Both the position numbers and the translations under genes were made by a program. The notes beneath the pieces are model-generated. The model saw nothing but the letters and a program-made list of their open reading frames with translations. It had not been told where the DNA came from and ran no database searches. A DNA stretch of 32,321 nucleotides from positions 1-32,321 of the forward strand of contig CALWZX010000003.1 in NCBI GenBank assembly GCA_944386125.1, in the 5' to 3' direction. This DNA comes from an uncultured Clostridia bacterium. Lineage in GTDB: Bacteria > Bacillota > Clostridia > TANB77 > CAG-508. Numbering within the stretch: the first letter of the stretch is position 1; the number at the start of each line of letters is the position of its first letter. This document shows positions 18,383-27,971 of this stretch, piece after piece.

Positions 18383-19081
18383 TTATATTGCTTCTTTATT
18401 CTCTTCTACATTTTCCTCATGATTTGTATTTGGCTCTTCATTAAGTACTTCTAGGCTAGCTACAGATACTTCATATGCAATTCTTATTTCAGATGTTCCA
18501 TCCTCGAATTTCTTTTCATATTGCCTAGATTGTACTCTTCCTACTACTCTTACTTCTGTACCTACTGCCATATTTTCGCAAAATCTAGCTGTTCTACCCC
18601 AAGCAATACATGGAATATAATCTGATTTGTTATATGCTCTATTTACTGCTAATAGTACATCTGCAATTTCTCTACCAAATGGAGTTTTTCTATACACTGG
18701 TTTTTTGCAAATAAAACCGTCTAATATTACTTCATTAGATGCACATTCTTTACTTGGTATGAAATCTTCTTCTTGATTTTCTGCAAATTTAATTTCTTTA
18801 GCAAATACAGTAAGAATTAATTTGTTTCTTTCATTTTGATAACTATTGTAAGATCTAAATTGTCCTTCAATAATTACGTTTTTTCCAATAGATAAATCTT
18901 GCTCTACTAATAGCCTTTCAGATATAGTAATTGGAATAATATCTGAATTTCCACTTAAACGTGGTACACTTAAATTAAATATATAGAATTTTTCTCCATA
19001 TATTTCATGGCTAAAGGTTTTTTCGCTTGTTACCTTGCCAATTAAAGTTAATTGATTGTTCTCTAAATAGTTTGTACTCAA
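18383..19081 (-). CDS. Tandem OB-fold single-stranded DNA-binding protein (clostridial SSB paralog)
   Basis: Two OB halves: FSHEIYGEKFY...GQFRSYN and YRKTPFGREIAD...SDYIPCIAWGR...GRVQSRQY. Confidence 0.88.
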   Translation of the reverse strand: MSTNYLENNQLTLIGKVTSEKTFSHEIYGEKFYIFNLSVPRLSGNSDIIPITISERLLVEQDLSIGKNVIIEGQFRSYNSYQNERNKLILTVFAKEIKFAENQEEDFIPSKECASNEVILDGFICKKPVYRKTPFGREIADVLLAVNRAYNKSDYIPCIAWGRTARFCENMAVGTEVRVVGRVQSRQYEKKFEDGTSEIRIAYEVSVASLEVLNEEPNTNHEENVEENKEAI

Positions 19082-19165
19082 TTTTATTTCCTCCCCTTAC
19101 TTTTGTTTCTCTATAGTATAATTAGTCATATGGTTCATTTTTAGAAATTTTTCCTTACAATCCTT

Positions 19166-19194
19166 ATTATACTACGTTTTTTTAGTTTTGTCTA
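19166..19194 (-). promoter_or_regulatory. SigA-type promoter
   Basis: TAGACA-17 nt-TATAAT upstream of the tandem-OB SSB gene. Confidence 0.55.
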
Positions 19195-19270
19195 CATAAA
19201 AAGTTGATTTTTTTAACATTTTATTAAAAAAAAGGCTATTTTTCCTATATTTTCTAATATTTTTATAAAA

Positions 19271-19750
19271 TTATGTCTTTTTTTTATGATACATAATTTT
19301 AATCGCATAACAAGCCATAATCATATAAACATCTTTTTTTGTTTCTATTTTTATTTCCTGTGTTTCTATAATTTGCCCCCTTTTATTTTCCACATCTCTT
19401 TGCAGACAAATCACCATATTCTCTTTTGTAACACTAGATGCTGTAATAGTAGCTTTAGGATTAAATCCATACGTAATAATTAATGCATCTATGCCATCTA
19501 ATAATTTTAAAATATTCGGTAAATCTGAATTTATGACTAAATATTGTACATTTTTTAAGATTTCTTTTAAAGTTATTTCATTTGCAAAATTTCTCGTAAT
19601 AATAATTGTTTCAAATAATATATTTTTAATATTTTGAATTGTTTTTTCGTGTAAAAACAGTACAGTTGCTCTTTCTTCAATATTTCTCTCTATATATTTT
19701 TTGATAAAAACTTCTTCATCTTTTTCTGCAATTACGCCTATAATAGCCAT
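19271..19750 (-). CDS. Hypothetical protein
   Basis: 159-aa ORF with AAGGAG SD; LVINSD...IITYGFNPKATITASSV is reminiscent of a Mur-ligase central-domain fragment. Confidence 0.75.
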   Translation of the reverse strand: MAIIGVIAEKDEEVFIKKYIERNIEERATVLFLHEKTIQNIKNILFETIIITRNFANEITLKEILKNVQYLVINSDLPNILKLLDGIDALIITYGFNPKATITASSVTKENMVICLQRDVENKRGQIIETQEIKIETKKDVYMIMACYAIKIMYHKKKT

Positions 19751-19801
19751 GCATTTCTCCTTACTTTAAGTTTATTGCTAGTATATCCATTTTTTTCTTG
19801 C

Positions 19802-20575
19802 TTATTCACTATTTTTCATTTGCGTACCATTTACATTAATTTTATAATTTTCTTTATATATTAAATCTGAAACAGTTACTATTTTAAAACCTTTTTGCTT
19901 AATTTTACTTAAAATACTATCTAAACTATCTGCTGTATGTTTCGTGCCATTATGCATTAATATAATACTGCCTTTTTCTAATTTATTCTCTATTCTGCTC
20001 CACATTTCTTCTCCGGTTAAACCTGAATAATCTAAAGTATCAATATTCCATTGAATCGTATAGTGATTTTGTGCTTCTGCTGCTTGTATAACTGTATCAT
20101 TATATTCTCCATAAGGACCTCTATATAATGTTGTTGCTTTCCCTGTTATTTTCTTTATTTTTTTAGCTGTTTCTTCTATTTCTGCTATATTTTTCTCCAA
20201 ATTTAATTGATTCACATGAGGGTGTGTATTAGAATGGTTACCAATTTCATGACCTTTGTCTGCTATCTTTTTCACAGCATCTGCATATTTATCTACCCAA
20301 TCTCCTACCATAAAAAAAGTAATATGTACATTATGTTTCTCTAGGGTTTGTAATATACTATCTATATCGTCCGCATTCCAGGCACAATTCATAGTAAGGG
20401 CAACTTTATTTTCATCAGTTTGCACATTATATATAGGAAGTTTTTTTATTGATGCTGCCGTTTCAACAACTTCTTGTGATTTACTAATAGAAAATGCCAT
20501 CACCATAAGAATAATTACTGTACATACAGATACCATATAGGAAATGATTTTATCTTTTCTTACTATAAAAAACAT
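19802..20575 (-). CDS. pdaB: Polysaccharide deacetylase family sporulation protein (PdaB-like)
   Basis: N-terminal TM, LPIYNV, VALTMNCAW, TFFMVGDW, HEIGNHSNTH, RGPYGEY, IILMH. Confidence 0.85.
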   Translation of the reverse strand: MFFIVRKDKIISYMVSVCTVIILMVMAFSISKSQEVVETAASIKKLPIYNVQTDENKVALTMNCAWNADDIDSILQTLEKHNVHITFFMVGDWVDKYADAVKKIADKGHEIGNHSNTHPHVNQLNLEKNIAEIEETAKKIKKITGKATTLYRGPYGEYNDTVIQAAEAQNHYTIQWNIDTLDYSGLTGEEMWSRIENKLEKGSIILMHNGTKHTADSLDSILSKIKQKGFKIVTVSDLIYKENYKINVNGTQMKNSE

Positions 20576-20652
20576 ATTCTCCTCCTTGTATGGTTCATTT
20601 TATGCACAATAGACAAAAAAATACCAAGAAAAAAAGTACTTTTTCAAGTACT

Positions 20653-21450
20653 TTATATATTAGCTAATAAAATCTTTTCTATTTTATTCTGGTCCTGTAG
20701 TAATTTTTGTGCTACTTGTATAAAATTGGTTTCTACATCAGTTAAATAAAATTGATAATTTGCTTCTTTTTTATTGCTTAATAAATTTCGTTTTTTCAAT
20801 TCTTCTTGAATCTTTATCGCTAAAGTAGTTCCTGTATTAATAATTTCTATATTTTCGCCTAGTTCTTTTTTGATTAATTCTTCAAATAATGGATAATGCG
20901 TACACCCCAATATTAATGCATCTAGAGGTAAAGGTTTTAAATCTTTTAAATATTCATGAATAGCTTCTTTTGCTACTATATTAGCAGTCCATCCTTCTTC
21001 TGCCATTGGGGCTAAAAGAGCACATGCTTTACTTGTTATCTGCAAATTAGGTATTTGTTCCTTTAAAGCTCTTTCCCATCCTCTACTCCTAATTGTTCCT
21101 GTTGTAGCAATAATACCTATATTTCTTTTATTACTATTTTTTATATATTCAACAGTCGGTTCTATAATTCCCATAATAGGAATTTTATATATTTTTTGCA
21201 TTTCTTCTAATGCTTGACTTGTTGCTGTTCCACAAGCAATAATAATTGCCTTTACTCCTTTTTGAATTAGAAAATCTATTCCATTTTTAGTTAGTTGTAT
21301 AATACTTTCTTTTGATTTACTCCCATAGGGAAATCTCTTGCTATCTCCTAAATATATTATATCTTCATTTGGATTTTTTTTCATTACTTCTTTTAATACT
21401 GTTAGTCCTCCTACTCCTGAATCAAACATTCCTATTGGTCTATTATCCAT
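20653..21450 (-). CDS. murI: Glutamate racemase
   Basis: DNRPIGMFDSGVGGLTV, PYGSK, IACGTAT, LILGCTHYP; ATG 21450 after GGAGG. Confidence 0.96.
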   Translation of the reverse strand: MDNRPIGMFDSGVGGLTVLKEVMKKNPNEDIIYLGDSKRFPYGSKSKESIIQLTKNGIDFLIQKGVKAIIIACGTATSQALEEMQKIYKIPIMGIIEPTVEYIKNSNKRNIGIIATTGTIRSRGWERALKEQIPNLQITSKACALLAPMAEEGWTANIVAKEAIHEYLKDLKPLPLDALILGCTHYPLFEELIKKELGENIEIINTGTTLAIKIQEELKKRNLLSNKKEANYQFYLTDVETNFIQVAQKLLQDQNKIEKILLANI

Positions 21451-21493
21451 TTTTATTCCTCCTTTTTTCGACATTATTTTTTATCTTTCTCAC

Positions 21494-21521
21494 ACTTTTT
21501 GTACATTTTAGTCATATTATA
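21494..21521 (+). promoter_or_regulatory. SigK-type promoter
   Basis: AC-N17-CATATTATA matches AC-N17-CATANNNTA; a TTCGACA 0A box also lies at 21467-21473. Confidence 0.5.
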
Positions 21522-21566
21522 TATTGAGCAAAAGCTTATAATATTTTATGAAAGAGGTAATAAAAA

Positions 21567-22154
21567 ATGGAATATGACAAAAATGTATGCCCTGTATTGG
21601 AAGTAGACGGTGTTATTGACGCTGGTAAGCAATTTGACCTTGATATCACTCTTCCTGAAGATAACAGAAACGTTATTTACGGAATTGTTAAAGATTGTTA
21701 TTGTGAGCCAGTTTGCAATGCAGTTGTAAAATTAATCGAAATAGTTTGTGATTGCGGTAAAGAAGAAAGACGTCCTGTTTCTCATACTTTCACAGATGAA
21801 GATGGAGAATTTGTTTTTGGACCACTATGTGCTAACAAATTATATGCAATTCAAATTTGGGTAGACCAAGTTAAACATTGCAAAATTTGTGCAACTTCTA
21901 AACAGCACGATAATGATTGCTTAAAAGGTATAAAATCAGATTGCAAACATGACAATCATTGTAAAACAGATTATCCTTGCAAACCAGAACATCCTTGCAA
22001 ACCAGAACATCCTTGCAAACCAGAACATCCTTGCAAACCAGAACATCCTTGCAAATCAGATTGTCCTTGTAAACCAGAACGTCCTTGCAAACCAGATTGT
22101 CCTTGCAAACCAGAACATGACAAAACTTGTGATAAATATGATATAACTGAATAA
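21567..22154 (+). CDS. Cysteine-rich protein with carboxypeptidase-regulatory-like beta domain and (CKPEHP)n tail; probable spore coat/exosporium protein
   Basis: VIYGIVKD...PVCNAVVKL...HTFTDEDGEFVFGPL; Cys every 6 residues in the tail; GAAAGAGGT SD. Confidence 0.8.
   Translation: MEYDKNVCPVLEVDGVIDAGKQFDLDITLPEDNRNVIYGIVKDCYCEPVCNAVVKLIEIVCDCGKEERRPVSHTFTDEDGEFVFGPLCANKLYAIQIWVDQVKHCKICATSKQHDNDCLKGIKSDCKHDNHCKTDYPCKPEHPCKPEHPCKPEHPCKPEHPCKSDCPCKPERPCKPDCPCKPEHDKTCDKYDITE
21973..22116 (+). repeat. Coding tandem repeat, 8 x 18 bp
   Basis: Four exact atccttgcaaaccagaac units followed by four variant units. Confidence 0.95.
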
Positions 22155-22163
22155 CACTAAACT

Positions 22164-22199
22164 ATATTGAAAGAATTCTTTTTTGAATTCTTTCAATAT
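22164..22199. terminator. Bidirectional terminator
   Basis: 15-bp perfect inverted repeat atattgaaagaattc / gaattctttcaatat. Confidence 0.75.
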
Positions 22200-23032
22200 T
22201 TTATAAATTTATAAATTGCCTCAGCAAAAGCACCTTCTCTAGCTGTCGCCTTTGTTGTATAATCTGCAATTTTTTTTACTTCTTCATAAGCATCTCCTAC
22301 TGCAATTCCAATTCCTGATTTTTGTATCATATTTAAATCATTTAAATTATCTCCTATAGACATAACTTCTTCTTGTTTTACTTGTAACTTTTCTGTTAGA
22401 AATTGTAAAGCTTCATATTTGCCTACATGATTTGGTATAATATCTAAATAACAATATTCTTTATGAATAACACTATCTCGATATTCTCCTATCTTTTTTA
22501 CTTGTCTAATATGTAAAGGTACCAGTTTTTCTAACTCTCCTTTGACTTCTGCTAAATCTTGATTATCTGAAATAACAAGTTTCATAATTTCTGGCTGATT
22601 ATTCTTTATGTATTCTTCAATATTTTTCACAACTTTAAAAGACAGATGTGATTTAAATAAATAATAATTTCTTAAATCCATATAAGCTAACTTTTCAGTT
22701 ATTATTTCTTCATTAGTATAAAAATGAATATGTAATTGCTTTTGTTTTGCTACATGAATACAAGTCAGCACATGAGAAATTGCTAAAGTTTTTTTATATA
22801 TTTCTTCACCTGTTTGTAAATTCATTACTTGCATTCCGTTTCCAAAAATTCCATAATTAGCATGGAATGTATCGCAAACATCTTTACATATAGAATATGT
22901 TTTTCCTGTACAAATAACAAAATTGATATTTGACTTTTTTATTAATTCTATTGCCTTTTGATTGTTTGTTGCTATTTGATGCTCATTATCAAATATTGTT
23001 CCATCTAAATCACTTGCCAGCAATTTTATCAT
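22193..23032 (-). CDS. Cof-type HAD-IIB hydrolase
   Basis: MIKLLASDLDGT, CTGK, K..AL, GDNLNDLNM; start taken at ATG 23032. Confidence 0.92.
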   Translation of the reverse strand: MIKLLASDLDGTIFDNEHQIATNNQKAIELIKKSNINFVICTGKTYSICKDVCDTFHANYGIFGNGMQVMNLQTGEEIYKKTLAISHVLTCIHVAKQKQLHIHFYTNEEIITEKLAYMDLRNYYLFKSHLSFKVVKNIEEYIKNNQPEIMKLVISDNQDLAEVKGELEKLVPLHIRQVKKIGEYRDSVIHKEYCYLDIIPNHVGKYEALQFLTEKLQVKQEEVMSIGDNLNDLNMIQKSGIGIAVGDAYEEVKKIADYTTKATAREGAFAEAIYKFIKY

Positions 23033-23055
23033 TTTTATCACCCTATAAAGATTTT

Positions 23056-23916
23056 TTATATAATGAAATCTATAATAATACCACATACTACACCTATGAT
23101 ATATAGCATAAATAGTATTTTCATATTTTCTTTTAAATTTTTATTTACTCTAAATAATATTAAAATTCCTATACCATTTCCAGCTAGAAGACCCGCTAAC
23201 ATCGAACCAAAAGTGATTAAATTTTGTAAGTATAGTTGCGTCAAAATAACAGAACCTGCACAATTAGGAATTAACCCTACAATACTTGCAATCATTGGTC
23301 CAAAAATTGGAGTATTCAATATAAAGTGTGATATATTCTCCCTTCCTATTATAGAAATAATTATATTAATGATAATTGATATAATTAATATAAATAAAAA
23401 TATATGAATCGTATGATGTATTGCTGATTTCACAATATTCTTTTCACTACAATGACAATGCTCTTTTTCACAAAGGATATCTATGGTTTGTTCCTCTTGT
23501 AAAGATTCATTTTTCTTTTTTCGGTATTGTGCTATAGTAAAATCAATTATTAATCCCATAGCCATAGCAATAATTACTTTAATTGCCAAAATACTAATAA
23601 TTGTTGTTATTGGTGCTGCCTCTGAGATTAAAATTGGTAACATTTCATCTGATGTAGATAAAAATATAGCTATTAATGTACCTAAAGTGATGATTCTTCC
23701 TGCATATAAATTTGCTGCTGCTGCCGAAAATCCACATTGTGGAACAATTCCTAATATTCCTCCTAATACAGGACCCCATTTTCCTGATTTTTTTACCACA
23801 TTCTTTGCTTTTTCACTCATTTTATGTTCTAAATATTCCATTAGCAAATAAGTCACAAATAAAAATGGTAATAACTTCACAGAATCTATTACTGCATCTA
23901 ATATAATATCTAGCAT
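23056..23916 (-). CDS. Putative heavy-metal/manganese transporter family membrane protein
   Basis: PQCGFS, STSDE and PNCAGS motifs, CEKEHCHC loop, multiple TM segments. Confidence 0.75.
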   Translation of the reverse strand: MLDIILDAVIDSVKLLPFLFVTYLLMEYLEHKMSEKAKNVVKKSGKWGPVLGGILGIVPQCGFSAAAANLYAGRIITLGTLIAIFLSTSDEMLPILISEAAPITTIISILAIKVIIAMAMGLIIDFTIAQYRKKKNESLQEEQTIDILCEKEHCHCSEKNIVKSAIHHTIHIFLFILIISIIINIIISIIGRENISHFILNTPIFGPMIASIVGLIPNCAGSVILTQLYLQNLITFGSMLAGLLAGNGIGILILFRVNKNLKENMKILFMLYIIGVVCGIIIDFII

Positions 23917-23970
23917 TATTTTTCTCCTACTTTTTATTTTCCATAGTATAATACCATATTTTTGTATTTT

Positions 23971-24825
23971 TTACAACTCTTCTTTTTCATTTCTTCTTGT
24001 TATCTCTTGAATCTTCTCCCAATGATTCATAACAGCATTATATCCCTTTTCAAAACAACTTTCTAGCCTATCAGTATCTAACAGTCCCATTTTTTCTGTT
24101 TCTATATTGAGTATATAATCACTATATCTTAGTTCTTCTTCTGCAATTCGATTTCCCATAATATCAATTGTTTTCATAATTATATCTATCATTGTACTTT
24201 TTTCATTTATTGAATCTGCATCAAATTTTACTGCAATAACTTTATCAGCCCCCTGTTTTCTTACTTCTTTTACTGGCACATTATCTACAGCACCACCATC
24301 CATAAAAGCATGATTTTTAACAGTACATGGATTAAAAACAGCTGGGAAACTACTACTCGCTCTTACTGCTTTTCCTACTTTTATATCTGAAATATAATGG
24401 AAATATTCTCCTTTCGGAACATAGTTAGTAAAAACATATTCTTTTGCATCTTTTATATCTACACAAGGAATGACTAATGGCATTTTTATTTCATTAATAT
24501 TTTCAATACCTTTTTGTTTAGCAATATAATCATAAATTTCTTCTAGTTCTTTTCCATCACGAAACCCCTTTTTATTTTTGCCATTCATTAATCCAGGTAC
24601 AACAAAAAACTTACCCTTACCTGTAATTTTTTTTGCATATTTTTGAAATAGTTGTAATATCTCTTTTGGAGTATATCCTAAGGCATATAGTGTAGCAATC
24701 ATACTTCCTGCACTTGTTCCTCCTATAACATCAATCGAAATATTTTTTTCTTCTAATGCTTGTAATACACCAGCATGAGCAATACCTCTCATTCCGCCTC
24801 CAGACAATGCAATTCCTATTTTCAT
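23971..24825 (-). CDS. Patatin-like phospholipase
   Basis: LSGGGMRG, GTSAG nucleophile motif, ASSSFP, DGG. Confidence 0.93.
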   Translation of the reverse strand: MKIGIALSGGGMRGIAHAGVLQALEEKNISIDVIGGTSAGSMIATLYALGYTPKEILQLFQKYAKKITGKGKFFVVPGLMNGKNKKGFRDGKELEEIYDYIAKQKGIENINEIKMPLVIPCVDIKDAKEYVFTNYVPKGEYFHYISDIKVGKAVRASSSFPAVFNPCTVKNHAFMDGGAVDNVPVKEVRKQGADKVIAVKFDADSINEKSTMIDIIMKTIDIMGNRIAEEELRYSDYILNIETEKMGLLDTDRLESCFEKGYNAVMNHWEKIQEITRRNEKEEL

Positions 24826-24877
24826 GTTTACCCTCCTATATGCCTATTATGGTACTATTTTTTCTCTTTTAAACATT

Positions 24878-26392
24878 TTAGAATCCAGTTCTTGGTAATT
24901 TTTTAATTTCACTATTTGCTAAGTTTGTGTCTTCTTTTGCTTTTTCTTGTTTGTTTACGTTTTCATTTTCTTCATTAGCTTTTTCAATTTCTTTTATATT
25001 ATTTTCATTTTGTTCTAATTCTATCTTTATTATTTGTCCATCATTTTTTAGTTCTACCTGGATTGCTTCATCTCCTAATATCCCTCCATTTTCCTTGATT
25101 ATATAACTTCCCATTTCAAAACATAAAAATTCTATTTTCCCTTCTGTATCACTCACCTTAGTAGTTATTAGTTCACCTTCCACATTGTATAATTCTAAAT
25201 AAACTCCTTCTATATTTTTCTCATTATTTTTTATATGTATCTGTATTTTTCCCTGTTTTTTCCTATTCCAAAATTCTTTTTCAACATTTTCTCCCCATTT
25301 TAATTCTATTTTTTCTTTAGTAGAATGTATTTGATATAAATCTGGAACTTGTATTTGCTCTACATATACCACTGGAGTTTCTAATTCCGTAATAACAATT
25401 TTTCCATCGTCTTTTGTTTTATATTCTCCTATTATTTTTCCTTCTTGATTAGTTACTCGATATGTTGCATTTAAAGGAACTTCTTTCGATAAATCACCAT
25501 ATGTAGAAATAGTTAAATCATAGCCTTTATGTTTTATTAAAACCTCTTGTGATGTTTCTATCATTTCATATTCTCCTAAACAAGTAATTTGAAAAGAATG
25601 ATTTTGACTTGTAAATTGTATAGGACAAGTTTTTACTTTTGCATTTTTTATGACTATATTTCCTGTAATATCTTTTTGAATTTCTTTTACAGGAACTGCT
25701 AAATACAAAATAGTATCAGAAATTTGATAATTATCATCTTGTTTTTTCAGTATCTCTTTATTTTGATTTAATAACTTTGTGTTTTTAGTAAAACCTTGTA
25801 ATTGTAATTGATATTCTAAAATTTCTTTTGAACTAGAAATTTGATATTTCTGTAAATAATATTCTTCTCCTTCTAGTTTTTGTTTTTCTTCCGACTGCTT
25901 GATTATATTTATTTTTGCTGAACTATAACCCATTCTTTCCTTTTTTCCTTCTTGATATAATGTTTGTGCAACGGTTAATAGTTTAACTTGCTCTTCTTGT
26001 ATCGGTTTTATCCATTGTTGTGGTTCTAAATTCTTAACAATACTTTCTAAAGCTATCTTAGTAGCTATATATAAATCAATGTTTTTATCTAACCCCCACT
26101 TTTGTGGTTTATTTCCATTAATCCCCTCTTTTACTATCTTCCAAGCATATATTCTATTTATTTCTTTATCTAATATAAATATTGGCTTTTTAGTTATTAC
26201 ATCATATTCTACACTTCCTTTATATGTTTTCCATTCTTTCATTTTTTCATCATAATATTGAAAATAATTAGGAAACTCTTCTCCTTTTTTTATTTCTTCT
26301 TTTGCTCCTACTTCTTGATAAATTCCTGTTAGTAAAAATATTTGTATCGTTATTATCATAATCGTCAAAATTTGATATATTATTTTTTTCAT
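24878..26392 (-). CDS. Secreted SpaA/Cna-B-like repeat surface protein ending in LPRTGF
   Basis: Signal peptide MKKIIYQILTIMIITIQIFLL; SpaA-like repeats (TKDDGKIVITEL..VYVEQ..P..Y; GVYLELYN..SDTEGKIEF...GSYIIKE); GGAGG SD before ATG 26392. Confidence 0.8.
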   Translation of the reverse strand: MKKIIYQILTIMIITIQIFLLTGIYQEVGAKEEIKKGEEFPNYFQYYDEKMKEWKTYKGSVEYDVITKKPIFILDKEINRIYAWKIVKEGINGNKPQKWGLDKNIDLYIATKIALESIVKNLEPQQWIKPIQEEQVKLLTVAQTLYQEGKKERMGYSSAKINIIKQSEEKQKLEGEEYYLQKYQISSSKEILEYQLQLQGFTKNTKLLNQNKEILKKQDDNYQISDTILYLAVPVKEIQKDITGNIVIKNAKVKTCPIQFTSQNHSFQITCLGEYEMIETSQEVLIKHKGYDLTISTYGDLSKEVPLNATYRVTNQEGKIIGEYKTKDDGKIVITELETPVVYVEQIQVPDLYQIHSTKEKIELKWGENVEKEFWNRKKQGKIQIHIKNNEKNIEGVYLELYNVEGELITTKVSDTEGKIEFLCFEMGSYIIKENGGILGDEAIQVELKNDGQIIKIELEQNENNIKEIEKANEENENVNKQEKAKEDTNLANSEIKKLPRTGF

Positions 26393-26417
26393 ATAACCTC
26401 CTATGTTATGAGGACGC

Positions 26418-26456
26418 AAAAAGGCTAAACAATGTAATGTTTTACATTGTTTAGCC
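26418..26456 (-). terminator. Terminator of the rpsF-ssb-rpsR operon
   Basis: 15-bp stem ggctaaacaatgtaa / ttacattgtttagcc followed by a U-tract on the minus strand. Confidence 0.85.
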
Positions 26457-26477
26457 CCTATTTTTAATCCTCTTATT

Positions 26478-26762
26478 TTATTCTTGAGTATAAGGTAACA
26501 CAGCAATTTGTCTAGCTCTTTTTACAGCTATAGTAATATCTCTTTGATGTTTTGCACATGCACCTGTTGCTCTTCTTGGTAGTATCTTTCCTTTATCATT
26601 GATAAATTTCTTTAATTGATCTGCATTCTTGTAATCTAATACAAAGTTTTTATCAGCACATAAAGGACATACTTTTTTTCTTATTTTTTTAAATCTTGGA
26701 TTGAAATCATCATCCATATTGTTGTTTCTATTATTCTTTTTATTGTTTCTTTTATCTGCCAT
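26478..26762 (-). CDS. rpsR: 30S ribosomal protein S18 (Zn-binding form)
   Basis: RKKVCPLC...DYKN...[17 protein letters not shown]...AVKRAR. Confidence 0.98.
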   Translation of the reverse strand: MADKRNNKKNNRNNNMDDDFNPRFKKIRKKVCPLCADKNFVLDYKNADQLKKFINDKGKILPRRATGACAKHQRDITIAVKRARQIAVLPYTQE

Positions 26763-26781
26763 TATTTTTCCCCCCTAACCT

Positions 26782-27216
26782 TTAAAATGGTAGGTCATCT
26801 CCTGAAGATATTTCAAAGTCAGAGCCACCTGCAACTGGATTTGGCATTGTTCCAAACGTTGCATCAAAATTACTTGCTCCTCCTGCTTCTGATTCTCTTT
26901 TACTATCTGCAAAATAAGCTTCTTCAGCAATAACCTCTGTTATATAATGTTTTTGACCTTGGTCATCATCCCAAGTTCTTGTTTGTAATCTTCCAATAAT
27001 TCCTACTTGTTGACCCTTTTTAAAATATTTGCTACAAAATTCTCCTAATTTGCTCCATGCAACTATATTGATAAAGTCAGCTTGTCTTTCTTCTCCTTGC
27101 CTTGTAAATCTTCTATTTACTGCTAAAGCAAAGGATGCGACTAATGTGTTATTTGTTTGTGTATATCTTACTTCTGGGTCTCTTGTTAATCTTCCCATTA
27201 AAATTACTTTATTCAT
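26782..27216 (-). CDS. ssb: Single-stranded DNA-binding protein
   Basis: MNKVILMGRLTRDPEVRYT...ADFINIVAW...C-terminal DDLPF. Confidence 0.98.
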   Translation of the reverse strand: MNKVILMGRLTRDPEVRYTQTNNTLVASFALAVNRRFTRQGEERQADFINIVAWSKLGEFCSKYFKKGQQVGIIGRLQTRTWDDDQGQKHYITEVIAEEAYFADSKRESEAGGASNFDATFGTMPNPVAGGSDFEISSGDDLPF

Positions 27217-27267
27217 TACTACACCACAACCTTTCTAAAAAAGGCCCCTATTAAAATTCCTCTTTTA

Positions 27268-27552
27268 CTATTCGTCTACTTTAACTGTCATAAATTTGAT
27301 AACTGTGTCTACGATTCTGTAATTTCTTTCTAATTCTGCAATTAAATTAGGATTTGCTTCAAAGTAAAATACAACATAATATCCTTCTTTATTTTTGTCG
27401 ATTTCATAAGCTAATTTTCTTTTTCCTAATTCATCTGCTTTTTCTAGTTTTCCATCACTATTAATTAAGTCTGTGAATTTCGCAATTAATCCTTTTACTG
27501 CCTCTTCATCAACTTTTGGATTAATAATGATAACACTTTCATATTTATTCAT
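27268..27552 (-). CDS. rpsF: 30S ribosomal protein S6
   Basis: MNKYESVIII.P...GKRKLAYEIDK..EGYY. Confidence 0.98.
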   Translation of the reverse strand: MNKYESVIIINPKVDEEAVKGLIAKFTDLINSDGKLEKADELGKRKLAYEIDKNKEGYYVVFYFEANPNLIAELERNYRIVDTVIKFMTVKVDE

Positions 27553-27561
27553 TATTCTTCA

Positions 27562-27606
27562 CCTCCTTATGGATTATAACCTACAATTAATTTGTAAGTA
27601 AGGATG
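27562..27606 (-). promoter_or_regulatory. S6:S18 autoregulatory leader RNA
   Basis: Minus strand UCCUUA pairs with UAAGGA of the SD; inner cuuacaa/uuguagg hairpin; unpaired CC just before the SD. Confidence 0.65.
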
Positions 27607-27635
27607 TAAAAATTTTCATTTTTACAATGGAACAT

Positions 27636-27664
27636 ATTTTATCATACTTTTATCTGTTTTTCAA
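27636..27664 (-). promoter_or_regulatory. SigA promoter of rpsF operon
   Basis: TTGAAA-17 nt-TAAAAT with extended TG. Confidence 0.65.
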
Positions 27665-27728
27665 TAGAAAATTGTTAATTTGTGGAATTTTTTCTAATTT
27701 TCTTGATTTATTAAATTTTTTTATTCTA

Positions 27729-27757
27729 TTGACAAATTTCGACAACATTTTTATATT
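27729..27757 (+). promoter_or_regulatory. SigA-type promoter with 0A box
   Basis: TTGACA-17 nt-TATATT; TTCGACA at 27738-27744. Confidence 0.5.
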
Positions 27758-27806
27758 TCTTATGTTATACTTCATACTCAAGAACAAAAGAAAAGGGGGT
27801 ATAAAA

Positions 27807-27971
27807 TTGAAAAATAACATTGTGAATTTTAATTCTTATAAAAAAATTGGTACTGTAACTGTATCTGTTTATGAAGAATCTGACCATCATACTATTTTTA
27901 ACGTAGAAACAAATAATGATGATGTTCTTCCAGTTTCTTACGTTATTGAAGACACATTAAAACTTTATTAG
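27807..27971 (+). CDS. 54-aa hypothetical protein
   Basis: AAGGGGGT SD, TTG start (3' part of ORF 27627-27971), followed by a terminator. Confidence 0.65.
   Translation: MKNNIVNFNSYKKIGTVTVSVYEESDHHTIFNVETNNDDVLPVSYVIEDTLKLY

Noticed and set aside
19129-20601. Exact 13-mer tatggttcatttt upstream of both the tandem-OB SSB gene (19129-19141) and pdaB (20589-20601)
   Set aside because: 13-bp matches are expected by chance in 32 kb of AT-rich DNA
21973-22116. Possible CRISPR array
   Set aside because: Head-to-tail 18-bp units with no spacers, in frame within a protein; no cas genes
21949-22146. Alternative-frame ORF with ILANQN repeats
   Set aside because: By-product of the 18-bp repeat in another frame; no SD
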